In this document: piece by piece, positions 7,343 to 16,013 of the stretch
Layout: each line of letters opens with the position of its first letter
Position numbering within the stretch: the stretch's first letter is position 1
Virus record (IMG/VR): IMGVR_UViG_3300036815_000121
Coordinates: 1 to 44,730 of that record
Direction: 5' to 3' (one strand)
DNA length: 44,730 nucleotides
DNA from: a virus
Lineage: Duplodnaviria; Caudoviricetes
Program-made: the position numbers and the translations under genes
Notes under the pieces: model-generated
Seen by the model: only the letters and a program-made list of their open reading frames with translations
Told to the model about the DNA's origin: nothing
Databases searched by the model: none

Positions 7343-10300
7343 CTAGGATGTCCAGCAGTCCACGTGGATATCTAGCGTCTCGCCGGGTTGCAGCGGGTTT
7401 TGCAGTTGAATGATTAGGGTGTTGTTGTTGTTCGATGACCACGTTAGGCCGTGCGCGGGGAGGTCTCCGTTGCCGATGACTCCGCAACTGAGGTACTTAA
7501 GGTTACTGCTCTTGTAGTACACGGTGGCAATGCTGGTGGTGGGCGCGGTGGTGCTGGCGGTGAAACTTACGTGTCCATTGATGACGCGGGGGTTGGTAAT
7601 CGATACTCCGGCTACAGGCCGAATCTCGACGCCCGCCACAACAATAACTACAGGTGGGGCGGTGATCGTATAGAGGCCGGAGAAGATGCCGGAGTCGGGC
7701 CGTCCTGCAAGCGTGGCAATCGCCTTAATGGTGGTGGTGGATGGAACAATGATCGGGCTGGTGTAGACGGTGCTTTCTGCGCCACATGCCGGAGTAACGC
7801 TGTTGATGGTGTAACAAATGGTGGCTCCGGTGGTCTGGGTGAACAGGGCTATGGTGGTGGTTGACGGAAAGGTTCCGGGCATGGGTTGCGCGGTCGGGGT
7901 GGCGACGGGGGGTTGGGGAGCATTGATGGTGTAGAGGCCGGAGAAGATGGCGGAGTCGGTGTATCCGGCAAGGGTGGCGATGGCCTTAATGGTGGTGGTA
8001 GTGGCTACGCTGAAAGAGCCGCTGTAGGTGGTGCTTCCAGACCCGCAGTTGTTACCCGTCGTCGTCGGGGTGCTGCCGTTGGTGGTGTAGCAGATTTTCG
8101 CGCCGGAGGTCGTAGTCGAGAGGGCTACGGATGTGGCGGCGGTGAAGGTTCCCGGTGGCGGCGCTCCGGTCGGGGTGGCGGCGGTCGGCGGCGGGGCGCT
8201 GTTGATAGTGTAGAGGCCGGAGAAGATGGCGGAGTCGGTATATCCGGCAAGGGTGGCGATGGCCTTGATGGTGGTGGTGGCGGGTACGCTGAATGACCCG
8301 CTGTAGGTGGTGCTTCCAGACCCGCAGTTGTTGGCGCTCGTCGTCGGGGTGGTGCCGTTGGTGGTGTAGCAGATTTTCGCCCCGGAGGTCGTGGTCGAGA
8401 GTGCTACTGATGTGGCGGCGGTGAAGGTTCCCGGGGGCGGCGCTCCGGTCGGGGTGGCGGCGGTCGGCGGCGGGGGAATATTGATGGTGTAGAGGCCGGA
8501 GAAAATTGCGGAGTCGGTGTATCCGGCAAGCGTGGCAATGGCCTTAATGGTGGTGGTGGCGGGTACGCTGAAGGACCCGCTGTAGGTGGTGCTTCCAGAC
8601 CCGCAGTTGTTCGCTGATGTGGTCGGGGTGCTGCCGTTGGTCGTGTAGCAGATTTTCGCTCCGGTGGTCGTGGTCGAGAGTGCTACTGATGTGGCGGCGG
8701 TGAAGGTTCCCGGTGGCGGCGCTCCGGTCGGGGTGGCGGCGGTCGGCGGCGGCGGGGCGCTGCCATACTCCAATCCGCCCATGCTCGGCGGAACATGGTA
8801 GGCGTTGCCCGCGTTGTCGGTGGTGATGGCGGGCGACAACACGACTCCGGTGTACTTGGCGGGGCTTCCGGTGGTGAGGTTCCAGCCGTAGTTGTCGAAC
8901 ATGGCCTCGCCGGTGTAGGTCGATCCGCCTACAAGCAGCGGGTCTACGCAAAGGTCGCCCGCGCCTCCGGCTCCGCAGTTGCCTCCCTTAAGGTGGAAAT
9001 GGCTGTTGTGGTTCTCGATGATCTGGGAGGGGGCCTGATCGTGGCTTGTCGCTAGCAGGTTGGGATAGGTGCCGCTGTTCCAGTTGGGATTGGAGAAGCC
9101 CAAGAAGATGTTGTTTTGCATGGTGAGGGTCGGCTGCGGCAAGAGACAATGCCCTGCCCCGTCGTTGTCCCAGCATCCCCACAACATAAACTCGTTGTTA
9201 TAGCCAATGATCGTATTGTGCGCAATCAGGCTGGTCCCGCCTCGAAGGTTTTGAAACGATAAGGTGTCGCCCGCGGCGCGGCAAAAGTCGCCTAAGTGAG
9301 TGCGCGGGTCGGGTTCATCTCCTACCTGCTCTGATAAGCGGTGGCAGTTGCCGATGACTAGGTTGGTGGTAAAAACGGTGGTGGTCACGCCTCCCCATTT
9401 GAACTGCTGGCCTGAGTTGCCATAGGCGATGCTGTTGGTGATGGTGACGTTGGCGGGGCCTCCTGAGTTGCCGTCGATATGTCCAACGTCGGGGCCGTCC
9501 TGCGTACAGTAGCGGAAGGTCGTGCGGTCGATCTGGACGGTTAGGGGAGTGTCCGGGGTGCCGATACAATCGGCTACCGTTCCATGCGCGTCATCGAAGG
9601 CTAGGAGCGTGGGAACGTTATGAACGTCGGGAAATTCCTCTATCGCTCCCGCCCATTCAATGATGGAGTTGCGCATCGAGAGGGTGCCGTTTAGGGAGTG
9701 GGTTCCGTTGCCGTCGTCCAGGTCCCATCCGGTCTGTCCGGTGTAGGCGATGCGGACTCGATTAAGATCCACCAGCCCGCCGATTGGTCCTTGTATTCCG
9801 CGATTGGTCACGCGATGAATGTTCACGTCTTGCAGGTAGATATTGGCGCTGGTGTTGTTGGTGACCATGCCCGCTTGCATGTTGTCGTCATAGGGGTAGT
9901 TATTCGCGCAGTAGTGGGCCGCTGGCGGGTCTCCCGGTAGGGGTCCATCGCCCGTTGTTCTACACGACGAGTACCCCGTAACCTCGAAGCATTCAATCAC
10001 AACATCATGCGACCCGCGAACGTCGAACATCTGCGACATATCGTAGCTGCCATGCAGGATTTGCTTTGCTCCGGGTGCGGTACAGGCGGCGTAGTTAGCT
10101 CCTCTAAACGTTGTCGGGTCTGAGGGTGTTCCAGAAGGAATTGCCGGGGGCGTACAGCCGATAGCTCCATTTCCACCAGAGCACCACGGCTCGCCGGAGG
10201 CGGTTGGCTGACTAAAGCCAACCTGACATCCGGGGCCGTCGCTGGCGGCGAGGCAGCTTTCGACGGTGATAATGTCGCTCCCGGCAATGACCCATGCGTG

Positions 10301-10552
10301 ATTGCCATAGGTCTGATCGTCATACAGCCAGCGAAAATCATTAAAGCCGCAGGGCTGATTCGTGCCGCTGCCGGGATAGGCGGCGTCGTGTTTGCCGTCG
10401 CATTGGCTTCTGCTCCCGCCATCGGCGCGGATATACCAGTTGGTGACGACGGCTCGGCCTACACGACAAGAGCGCACTCCATAGATGGCGGCGGCGAGGG
10501 CTGCGATCACCACTAAAATGATGATTAACGACTTGCGCTTGGTATAGGACAT
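7343..10552 (-). CDS. Secreted or anchored beta-helix protein with chitobiase/Fn3-associated repeats
   Basis: N-terminal hydrophobic signal; pectin-lyase-like N/I/G-rich region; four repeats of the type ATPT..PPPGTF...AKICYTTNGSTPT...TTTIKAIA. Confidence 0.85.
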   Translation of the reverse strand: MSYTKRKSLIIILVVIAALAAAIYGVRSCRVGRAVVTNWYIRADGGSRSQCDGKHDAAYPGSGTNQPCGFNDFRWLYDDQTYGNHAWVIAGSDIITVESCLAASDGPGCQVGFSQPTASGEPWCSGGNGAIGCTPPAIPSGTPSDPTTFRGANYAACTAPGAKQILHGSYDMSQMFDVRGSHDVVIECFEVTGYSSCRTTGDGPLPGDPPAAHYCANNYPYDDNMQAGMVTNNTSANIYLQDVNIHRVTNRGIQGPIGGLVDLNRVRIAYTGQTGWDLDDGNGTHSLNGTLSMRNSIIEWAGAIEEFPDVHNVPTLLAFDDAHGTVADCIGTPDTPLTVQIDRTTFRYCTQDGPDVGHIDGNSGGPANVTITNSIAYGNSGQQFKWGGVTTTVFTTNLVIGNCHRLSEQVGDEPDPRTHLGDFCRAAGDTLSFQNLRGGTSLIAHNTIIGYNNEFMLWGCWDNDGAGHCLLPQPTLTMQNNIFLGFSNPNWNSGTYPNLLATSHDQAPSQIIENHNSHFHLKGGNCGAGGAGDLCVDPLLVGGSTYTGEAMFDNYGWNLTTGSPAKYTGVVLSPAITTDNAGNAYHVPPSMGGLEYGSAPPPPTAATPTGAPPPGTFTAATSVALSTTTTGAKICYTTNGSTPTTSANNCGSGSTTYSGSFSVPATTTIKAIATLAGYTDSAIFSGLYTINIPPPPTAATPTGAPPPGTFTAATSVALSTTTSGAKICYTTNGTTPTTSANNCGSGSTTYSGSFSVPATTTIKAIATLAGYTDSAIFSGLYTINSAPPPTAATPTGAPPPGTFTAATSVALSTTTSGAKICYTTNGSTPTTTGNNCGSGSTTYSGSFSVATTTTIKAIATLAGYTDSAIFSGLYTINAPQPPVATPTAQPMPGTFPSTTTIALFTQTTGATICYTINSVTPACGAESTVYTSPIIVPSTTTIKAIATLAGRPDSGIFSGLYTITAPPVVIVVAGVEIRPVAGVSITNPRVINGHVSFTASTTAPTTSIATVYYKSSNLKYLSCGVIGNGDLPAHGLTWSSNNNNTLIIQLQNPLQPGETLDIHVDCWTS
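7923..8759. repeat. Three near-identical 279-bp intragenic repeats
   Basis: Units start at 7923, 8202 and 8481 (93 aa each); a diverged fourth copy lies at ~7660-7920. Confidence 0.9.
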
Positions 10553-10615
10553 CGCACGCCTCCCCTTCGGACTTTCCGGTGGGGGGCGATTAGGGCCGTT
10601 TCGGGTGGCGAGGTT

Positions 10616-10867
10616 TTAGGCTCGCTTAAGATTCATCTGGTATTGGGGCGGCGGTATGTAACCCTTGCCTCCACACTTCGGGCAAGTGGCGTTAGCGGCT
10701 GGCTTCCAACCGCTTCCTTCGCAGTCGAGACAAGCGGTGAGCTTTCCGCTGCCGTGACACTTGGGGCAACTTCGGATCGGCTTGCGCTTGTCGGTGTGGC
10801 GGCTGCAACTGCACACACCGATACCCTCGGGCTTCAGCGCGGCGGCGGCTATGTCGGTGGTGTCCAT
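10616..10867 (-). CDS. DnaJ-type CxxCxGxG zinc-finger protein, 83 aa
   Basis: CPKCHGSG, CLDCEGSG, CPKCGGKG; start at TAATG overlap. Confidence 0.75.
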   Translation of the reverse strand: MDTTDIAAAALKPEGIGVCSCSRHTDKRKPIRSCPKCHGSGKLTACLDCEGSGWKPAANATCPKCGGKGYIPPPQYQMNLKRA

Positions 10868-11091
10868 TATCGAAACCCCACAATCCAGCGGCGAACTTCT
10901 ACTGGGTTCTGAATCCAGCCGGGGAGCATCATCAATCCCACTCCAAGTTGTATGCCAACGTGGTTTTCGCAGTCGGGGTGCTTGCGTATATCGCTCAACA
11001 TCGAAGTGAACGCATTGGCTAAGTCTCCAGCGTCTAGGTATTCGAGGGCGCGTTTCTTGCACCATTCGATATGTTCGTCTTGGCTCATCAT
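10867..11091 (-). CDS. Hypothetical phage protein
   Basis: EHIEWCKKRALEYLDAGD; coupled overlaps on both sides. Confidence 0.7.
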   Translation of the reverse strand: MMSQDEHIEWCKKRALEYLDAGDLANAFTSMLSDIRKHPDCENHVGIQLGVGLMMLPGWIQNPVEVRRWIVGFR

Positions 11092-11411
11092 CGTACAGAC
11101 TCTCCGCTGTCCGGGTCTACAACTTTGGCTTGTACTGGCTTCTCGTCCTGCCGCAGTCGGAAGTATCTGAACTCTTGCATGACGGCGACGGCGGCTTCGG
11201 GGGGAAACTTCTGGTCGCTGAAGAAGCTCAACACGACCGCGTCGGCCTCGGTCCGTGCCGCCATGGTCAACAGGTCTTGGGCTATCTTGTGGGCCTCGGC
11301 AATGGAGAGTTGCGCACTCTCTCCATTGACCGTGAGCTTGACATAGGGCTGGTGATCGCGTTGGGCCACGATGCCATCCACAAAGACGTGAGTGTTGCCG
11401 GGGGCGCTCAT
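11088..11411 (-). CDS. Hypothetical protein
   Basis: Start reassigned to MSAPGN after GAAGGG RBS. Confidence 0.65.
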   Translation of the reverse strand: MSAPGNTHVFVDGIVAQRDHQPYVKLTVNGESAQLSIAEAHKIAQDLLTMAARTEADAVVLSFFSDQKFPPEAAVAVMQEFRYFRLRQDEKPVQAKVVDPDSGESVR

Positions 11412-11552
11412 AAATGAATTCCCTTCCCGCCTCGTACTCCCCGGTGCGCGGACTTCTCGTGAAACGTCATCCATCGCCAGCGGTTCCACGGCGGGATGAA
11501 GTACGGGGGCCGCACTCCGCAGGTCTCACAAACGCAGGGTACGCCTAGATGA

Positions 11553-12011
11553 TTACCGTAGCGTCGAAGCGTAGATGAGTTCAGCGAGTTGGGCGGCAAA
11601 AGTCCTAGCACCCAAGTCGAATTCAAAAGCCATGTTTTTTGATAATTCTTGGAATCTCCCGAGACCAATGGCGAGGGCGGCTTCGGTTTGGTTTTTACGA
11701 GTTGGAGCTTGGGCTTGGCCGTTGCTGATGTGGCTGATGTGGCCGTTAGCTTCTTGGGGGAGGGTCGCAAGTGTGGTGCTCCTTTTGGTGTATTTGCGTT
11801 TGGTGGCTTGGTCGGCGGCTGCGGTTTTGACACGTTCTAACCTCTCCGCATCTCTTTTTTGTCGGGTTTTGGTTGCGTTGTGGGATTTCCCCGCTATACC
11901 GTGCGCGGTGCGAAGGTGAATCCCTAGGTGGGCTTTGTCGTTGTACTCCTTTTCACAGCCGGGTTGAGTGCATTTAAATTTGGTTGGTTTGGTTGGGTGC
12001 GTCGTCGTCAT
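11553..12011 (-). CDS. C2H2 zinc-finger protein
   Basis: FKCTQPGCEKEYNDKAHLGIHLRTAH fits the C2H2 consensus. Confidence 0.75.
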   Translation of the reverse strand: MTTTHPTKPTKFKCTQPGCEKEYNDKAHLGIHLRTAHGIAGKSHNATKTRQKRDAERLERVKTAAADQATKRKYTKRSTTLATLPQEANGHISHISNGQAQAPTRKNQTEAALAIGLGRFQELSKNMAFEFDLGARTFAAQLAELIYASTLR

Positions 12012-12324
12012 GTTTTCCTTTTTGGTTGCGGTATTCGTAACCCATGCGGTATGCCTCTTCCGCTGACGGGTGTTGCCGTCCGAAGACGGGGTGCTCGGTG
12101 TCGAATAATTCCATCACGTGGTCTGCCTCTTGGTGGCAGAGATAGACGGTCACATAGCCGATGTTCGCCAGTAGTCTCTTTCTGGCCTCCTCTTCGCTCA
12201 AGTGGAAGTGTTCGACTATCGCCTGAGTCTCTTCGTTCACCAGCGCGGCGGCTTGTTCCTTGGTGGTGATCTGCCGGTCGATAGCGAGGTTTAGAATTTC
12301 CATCATGCTTCGCACGGCCATCAT
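11974..12324 (-). CDS. Hypothetical protein
   Basis: ORF in co-directional operon; AGGAG RBS. Confidence 0.65.
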   Translation of the reverse strand: MMAVRSMMEILNLAIDRQITTKEQAAALVNEETQAIVEHFHLSEEEARKRLLANIGYVTVYLCHQEADHVMELFDTEHPVFGRQHPSAEEAYRMGYEYRNQKGKHDDDAPNQTNQI

Positions 12325-12406
12325 GCTCCTGCTTTTGGTTCTGGTGTTAACAGGTCTGTTCTCTCTTGGTCACGAGTTAGGCTGGCCTCTTCAAGCGCGT
12401 CTTGCA

Positions 12407-12709
12407 TTAGTCGCTGCCTTTTTTCTCGGGATTCTGCACGGTCGATTGCGGCGGCGCGGATGAGAACAAGGGCGGTGGCGAGTTGTCCGGGCATGGTTGC
12501 GGTCTCCTTCGGAAATCCTCGGCCTTGGGACACGTCGCCCAATGGCTCACGGCGGGGCTGGCGTCTTCCGCCATCGGCTCCATGGGGATTCTGCCTCCGG
12601 TCGGCGTGTACCACCACTCCATGGGCTGTCTACAGCCTTTGCAGCGGCTATAGCTCTGCCGTTTGTATCCTGCCTCCTGCATGGCTTGGAGCGTGGCGGG
12701 GAACGGCAT
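12407..12709 (-). CDS. Putative Zn-binding phage protein
   Basis: CKGC...IPM...SHWATCP motif; start 12709 or 12721. Confidence 0.65.
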   Translation of the reverse strand: MPFPATLQAMQEAGYKRQSYSRCKGCRQPMEWWYTPTGGRIPMEPMAEDASPAVSHWATCPKAEDFRRRPQPCPDNSPPPLFSSAPPQSTVQNPEKKGSD

Positions 12710-13260
12710 CACTGCCACCATTCCGGTATCAGGTTCATTTGTGAGCGTGAGTCGTGTTTCTCAAGGGGCAGATAGTGAACCGTGTCGCCGGGGCCTTGGT
12801 CATACGGTGCCATCCTCGTATGGGTGCCACAACGGGGGCCTTTGATGGCTACCATGACGGCCTCTTGCCATAGCTGCCGGGGAAGGTTTTTCATCTGGCC
12901 GTCGTATTCGCGGAGGATGGCAAGATACCGCTGCTGGTACGCCTTGAAGCCTGCTTCGGTGCCGTTCGGCGGCTCGATCTTGAAGTGTTCGCAGAACACG
13001 TCCGAAAGTACCCAACGGGTATCGCTGGCTAACATGATGGCTTGTGCGAACAGCTTCCGCGCTGCTTCGGCGGCGGCTCTCATCATCGCGTATTTTTCCT
13101 GTTCGTCTCTCCAGCCAGCGGGTATAGCAAAGACTTCATCCTCCGGGCCGATGAGCATCACCTTGGGAATGAAGGCTTCTTCCGCGCTGTACTTGTGTCG
13201 GGCGCGGTCATCTTTCGCGATGAGCAACATTTTGTTTAGCAGTGTAGTTACTTCTATCAT
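12709..13260 (-). CDS. Hypothetical protein
   Basis: ATGA-coupled 183-aa ORF. Confidence 0.7.
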   Translation of the reverse strand: MIEVTTLLNKMLLIAKDDRARHKYSAEEAFIPKVMLIGPEDEVFAIPAGWRDEQEKYAMMRAAAEAARKLFAQAIMLASDTRWVLSDVFCEHFKIEPPNGTEAGFKAYQQRYLAILREYDGQMKNLPRQLWQEAVMVAIKGPRCGTHTRMAPYDQGPGDTVHYLPLEKHDSRSQMNLIPEWWQ

Positions 13261-13787
13261 TCGCTATCCTCGTCGTCGTAGTGGAGCCAAGTGCGGTCGC
13301 CGCATAACCGGCCTAAAAGAAAGTGTCTCCAGCGCGGCGGGATGAGGCATTGCAGCGTTAGCCGTTCGTGGGAGTCTTCCGCCTGGGCGCGGGTGGCGTA
13401 GCGGAGTTGTAGCTGATCGTGGGGATAGTGCTTCGCCAGATACGCTCTGCGATGGTCGTAGGCGGCTTCCTCATCTAAGGTGACCGTCTTCCTTGCTACC
13501 GCCAGCACATATGCCAGCTTCGCTCCCTTGTCGTCCTTGGGTGCGAAAAGCATGGTCTCGAAGATGAGCGGCGGGCCTGCGCCGAAACTGTGATCGATGC
13601 CAAGCCAAACCGTAGACAGCTTCTCGCCGTAGAGGGTGCGGGTCTGTCCTACGATGCGGTCGCTATCGCGCTGCTCATACAGCAGCGCCCATTTCAGGGT
13701 TGCCGGTAGTAGCTCGTCGGAGAGGATCGGCTTGCCGTCCGGGTAGTATGCGGCGGGCTTGGGTTCCTGCTGCTGTGCCTTGTCCAA
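13257..13787 (-). CDS. Hypothetical phage protein
   Basis: STVWLGIDHSFG.GPPLIFETMLF motif; TTG start after GAGGAG. Confidence 0.7.
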   Translation of the reverse strand: MDKAQQQEPKPAAYYPDGKPILSDELLPATLKWALLYEQRDSDRIVGQTRTLYGEKLSTVWLGIDHSFGAGPPLIFETMLFAPKDDKGAKLAYVLAVARKTVTLDEEAAYDHRRAYLAKHYPHDQLQLRYATRAQAEDSHERLTLQCLIPPRWRHFLLGRLCGDRTWLHYDDEDSE

Positions 13788-13854
13788 AGTTACTTACTCT
13801 CCTCTCAGGACGGCGGGGCCTACGGGTGGCTCCCGTAGACCCCCGAATTGCGGG

Positions 13855-15216
13855 CTATGCCGTGGCGGTAACCGGGGGTTTCTTCCGCTTCGCCTTGGCC
13901 TTGGCGGTTGGCTTCGGCTCCGGCTCCGGGTTGACCGCCTTTACTTCGCCATCCTCCAAATACACACCAACCTTACCGCTTGTGTCTACCACCTCCACGA
14001 ACACTTGGAAGTCCTGTTCGTGCGCCATCTCGGAGACGATATTCATGCTCTTGGCATCCAACAGGCTCCCGTCCTTGATGCGCATCACGCGAAGCTCCGG
14101 GTTGGAAGCCATGCCGATAGCGACACTGGCCCTGATCTGATCGGCGTTCGAGGCTTGGTCGAATGGCAGTCCTTCGTAAATCACCATCTTGTCACCGAAG
14201 GCCAAACCGGGTACGGGAAACTCGGCTTCGCTGATGGCGCGGGCGCGGGTGGCTTCGCGTTCGTCCATGGCTGCGGTGAGTTTCTCAATCTCCTGATCTA
14301 ACGCGGCTAGCTCGGCGTCGTAGCCGTCGCGCTGGCGGCGGCGTTCAATGCCTGCATTGATGGTCCGGGCCTCGGTGATCTTCGCGGCAAGCTCCTCCGC
14401 GTTCTTGAGCGGCGGCAACGGCTCCCACTTGGCCATGGTCGCCCGTGCCTTCTTCGCTTCGCTCTCCAGCAAGGCGGCTTCGCGTTCCAGATTATCGGCT
14501 CTGGCGCGTAGCTCCTCGGCCTCGGTGCGCTTGGTCTGTACCTCGGCCTCGTCTGCGGCAATACCTTCCTCTAGCTTCTCGCGGTCGCGCTGCATCTGCT
14601 GTAGCTCGGTGTTGTAGGTGCTGGCCTCGCGTAGCTCCTCCACCAGCGCGGCCTCGTCTACCTTGTCTTTCGGTAGACCCCCCGGAACGGCGAAGGCATC
14701 GCGGCGAATCTGGATGGCATCGCGCTCCTTCTTGGCCTCGCGGCGGCGGAGGTAATCGGCTTGGTAGGCGGCGTCGAGTGCATCGACGTCAACCTCCAGC
14801 TTCACCAGTGAGCGCAAAACCTCCGACTGCTTCTCCGGCTTCATCCGCAGAAATTCAAGCGGGTCGAAGCTGATTCGTCCCATGAGTCCATCGAGGAGTG
14901 CCTGTGGAGACTGGTAGCGGCTGCGGTTGGTCTTCGATTCGAGCGCCAACGTGCCATTGCGACTCCCGTTTTCATAGAATCGGCGGGTCACAACGATGTC
15001 GCCAAGGTCGAGTTCGATATGGCCCTTCCCTGCCCCTTTGCGAACGGGTTGGGAGGGAACGTTGCTGGTGCCGGTCAAGGCCCATTCAATGGAGTCGAGG
15101 ACGGAGGTCTTGCCGCTGCCGTTGCCTCCGCTGATGCGGTTGATGTAGTTGGTGGGGGTGAGGTACACGCACTTAAGGCGCTTGATGTTTTCACTGGTCA
15201 GTTTAATAATTCGCAT
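13855..15216 (-). CDS. SMC/Rad50-like ABC ATPase with short coiled coil
   Basis: MRIIKL..ENIKR, Walker A GGNGSGKTS, central coiled coil, signature-like QASNADQ, Walker B-like MRIKDGSLLD. Confidence 0.85.
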   Translation of the reverse strand: MRIIKLTSENIKRLKCVYLTPTNYINRISGGNGSGKTSVLDSIEWALTGTSNVPSQPVRKGAGKGHIELDLGDIVVTRRFYENGSRNGTLALESKTNRSRYQSPQALLDGLMGRISFDPLEFLRMKPEKQSEVLRSLVKLEVDVDALDAAYQADYLRRREAKKERDAIQIRRDAFAVPGGLPKDKVDEAALVEELREASTYNTELQQMQRDREKLEEGIAADEAEVQTKRTEAEELRARADNLEREAALLESEAKKARATMAKWEPLPPLKNAEELAAKITEARTINAGIERRRQRDGYDAELAALDQEIEKLTAAMDEREATRARAISEAEFPVPGLAFGDKMVIYEGLPFDQASNADQIRASVAIGMASNPELRVMRIKDGSLLDAKSMNIVSEMAHEQDFQVFVEVVDTSGKVGVYLEDGEVKAVNPEPEPKPTAKAKAKRKKPPVTATA

Positions 15217-15218
15217 GG

Positions 15219-15455
15219 TTATTTTGGCCTCTCTTCTAGCTTGACCACGCGTGTATCAACGTTGTGAATCGTTGTTAGCAGGGTCGTGATTTGGTTGTTG
15301 AAGCTCTCATAGTGGCGGTCTACCTTCGCGGACAGGTCGCGGAAGTCTTGCCGCAGAAGTGTGAAGTCATGTTTGTTAACCAAGATGCCGATGAGGATAA
15401 CGATGCAGGGGAATAAGGCGGTCAGAAAAAACGGCCAATAATTTGTCGTGCTCAT
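15219..15455 (-). CDS. Small TM plus coiled-coil protein
   Basis: N-terminal hydrophobic helix followed by a heptad pattern. Confidence 0.7.
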   Translation of the reverse strand: MSTTNYWPFFLTALFPCIVILIGILVNKHDFTLLRQDFRDLSAKVDRHYESFNNQITTLLTTIHNVDTRVVKLEERPK

Positions 15456-15646
15456 CGCGCCCCCGCTTTCTTCTTGGTTACGGTGGTGGGCTTGGTGCCG
15501 TTGGTGGGTTGATAGTGCGCTTTGATGTAGTCGTCCACGATTTTGTTGAGCATTGAGGTACGGTCGCGGTGGTCGTTCGCGGCCATCTCATCGATCACTT
15601 CAACCGTGGCAGAGGGGCAATAGAAATTGATCTTTTGTTTGTCCAT
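15452..15646 (-). CDS. Ribbon-helix-helix DNA-binding protein, 64 aa
   Basis: KINFYCP beta-strand then VIDEMA...RTSMLNKIVDDYI helices; start reassigned to MDKQK. Confidence 0.7.
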   Translation of the reverse strand: MDKQKINFYCPSATVEVIDEMAANDHRDRTSMLNKIVDDYIKAHYQPTNGTKPTTVTKKKAGAR

Positions 15647-15653
15647 GTATTCC

Positions 15654-15681
15654 ACGATACTCCGCTGGAATCTATTGTCAA
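15654..15681 (-). promoter_or_regulatory. Sigma70 promoter, likely leaderless transcript
   Basis: TTGACA-16 nt-TATCGT, 7 nt before the ATG at 15646. Confidence 0.6.
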
Positions 15682-15686
15682 GGCGC

Positions 15687-15723
15687 AAAAAAACGCCCTG
15701 CAAGCATGAGGGCTAACAGGGCG
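15687..15723 (-). terminator. Intrinsic terminator ending the virion operon
   Basis: CGCCCTG...CAGGGCG followed by T7 on the minus strand. Confidence 0.8.
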
Positions 15724-15765
15724 GGTGAAAACAAGTTTTCCGGCTGTGCCGATGTTAACACGGGT

Positions 15766-16005
15766 TCATGCTTCGGCTTCGGCTTGGGGTGGCGGCGGCG
15801 GTGCTGTAGCGATACCGTCGCCTACCAACTGCCCGGTCTGTTCGCTGAACAGGTAGCCGGGGTGCGCGGCCTCGATCTGCGCGATGTACTGGCTGCGGGC
15901 GGCAAGGTTGGCTTGTAGCGCCTGTCGCAGTCCGCTGTCTCTCAGGGCAAAGTTTTCTAGCTTTGTCAGTTCCAATTCGGTCAAGGTCGAGTTGCCGTTA
16001 ATCAT
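15766..16005 (-). CDS. Small protein after the tail fibre (possible chaperone)
   Basis: GGAGG RBS; position in operon. Confidence 0.6.
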   Translation of the reverse strand: MINGNSTLTELELTKLENFALRDSGLRQALQANLAARSQYIAQIEAAHPGYLFSEQTGQLVGDGIATAPPPPPQAEAEA

Positions 16006-16013
16006 GCTGCCTC

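Noticed and set aside
7923-8759. Diversity-generating retroelement TR/VR pair
   Set aside because: In-frame tandem domain repeats with mostly synonymous differences; no reverse transcriptase
11408-11833. 141-aa minus-strand ORF
   Set aside because: Mostly overlaps the C2H2 gene; its CxxC tail may be a real small gene but I could not support a start
12321-12494. 57-aa ORF MPGQLATAL
   Set aside because: Plausible coupling to 12324, but it overlaps 12407-12709 by 88 nt and has no motif, so left uncalled
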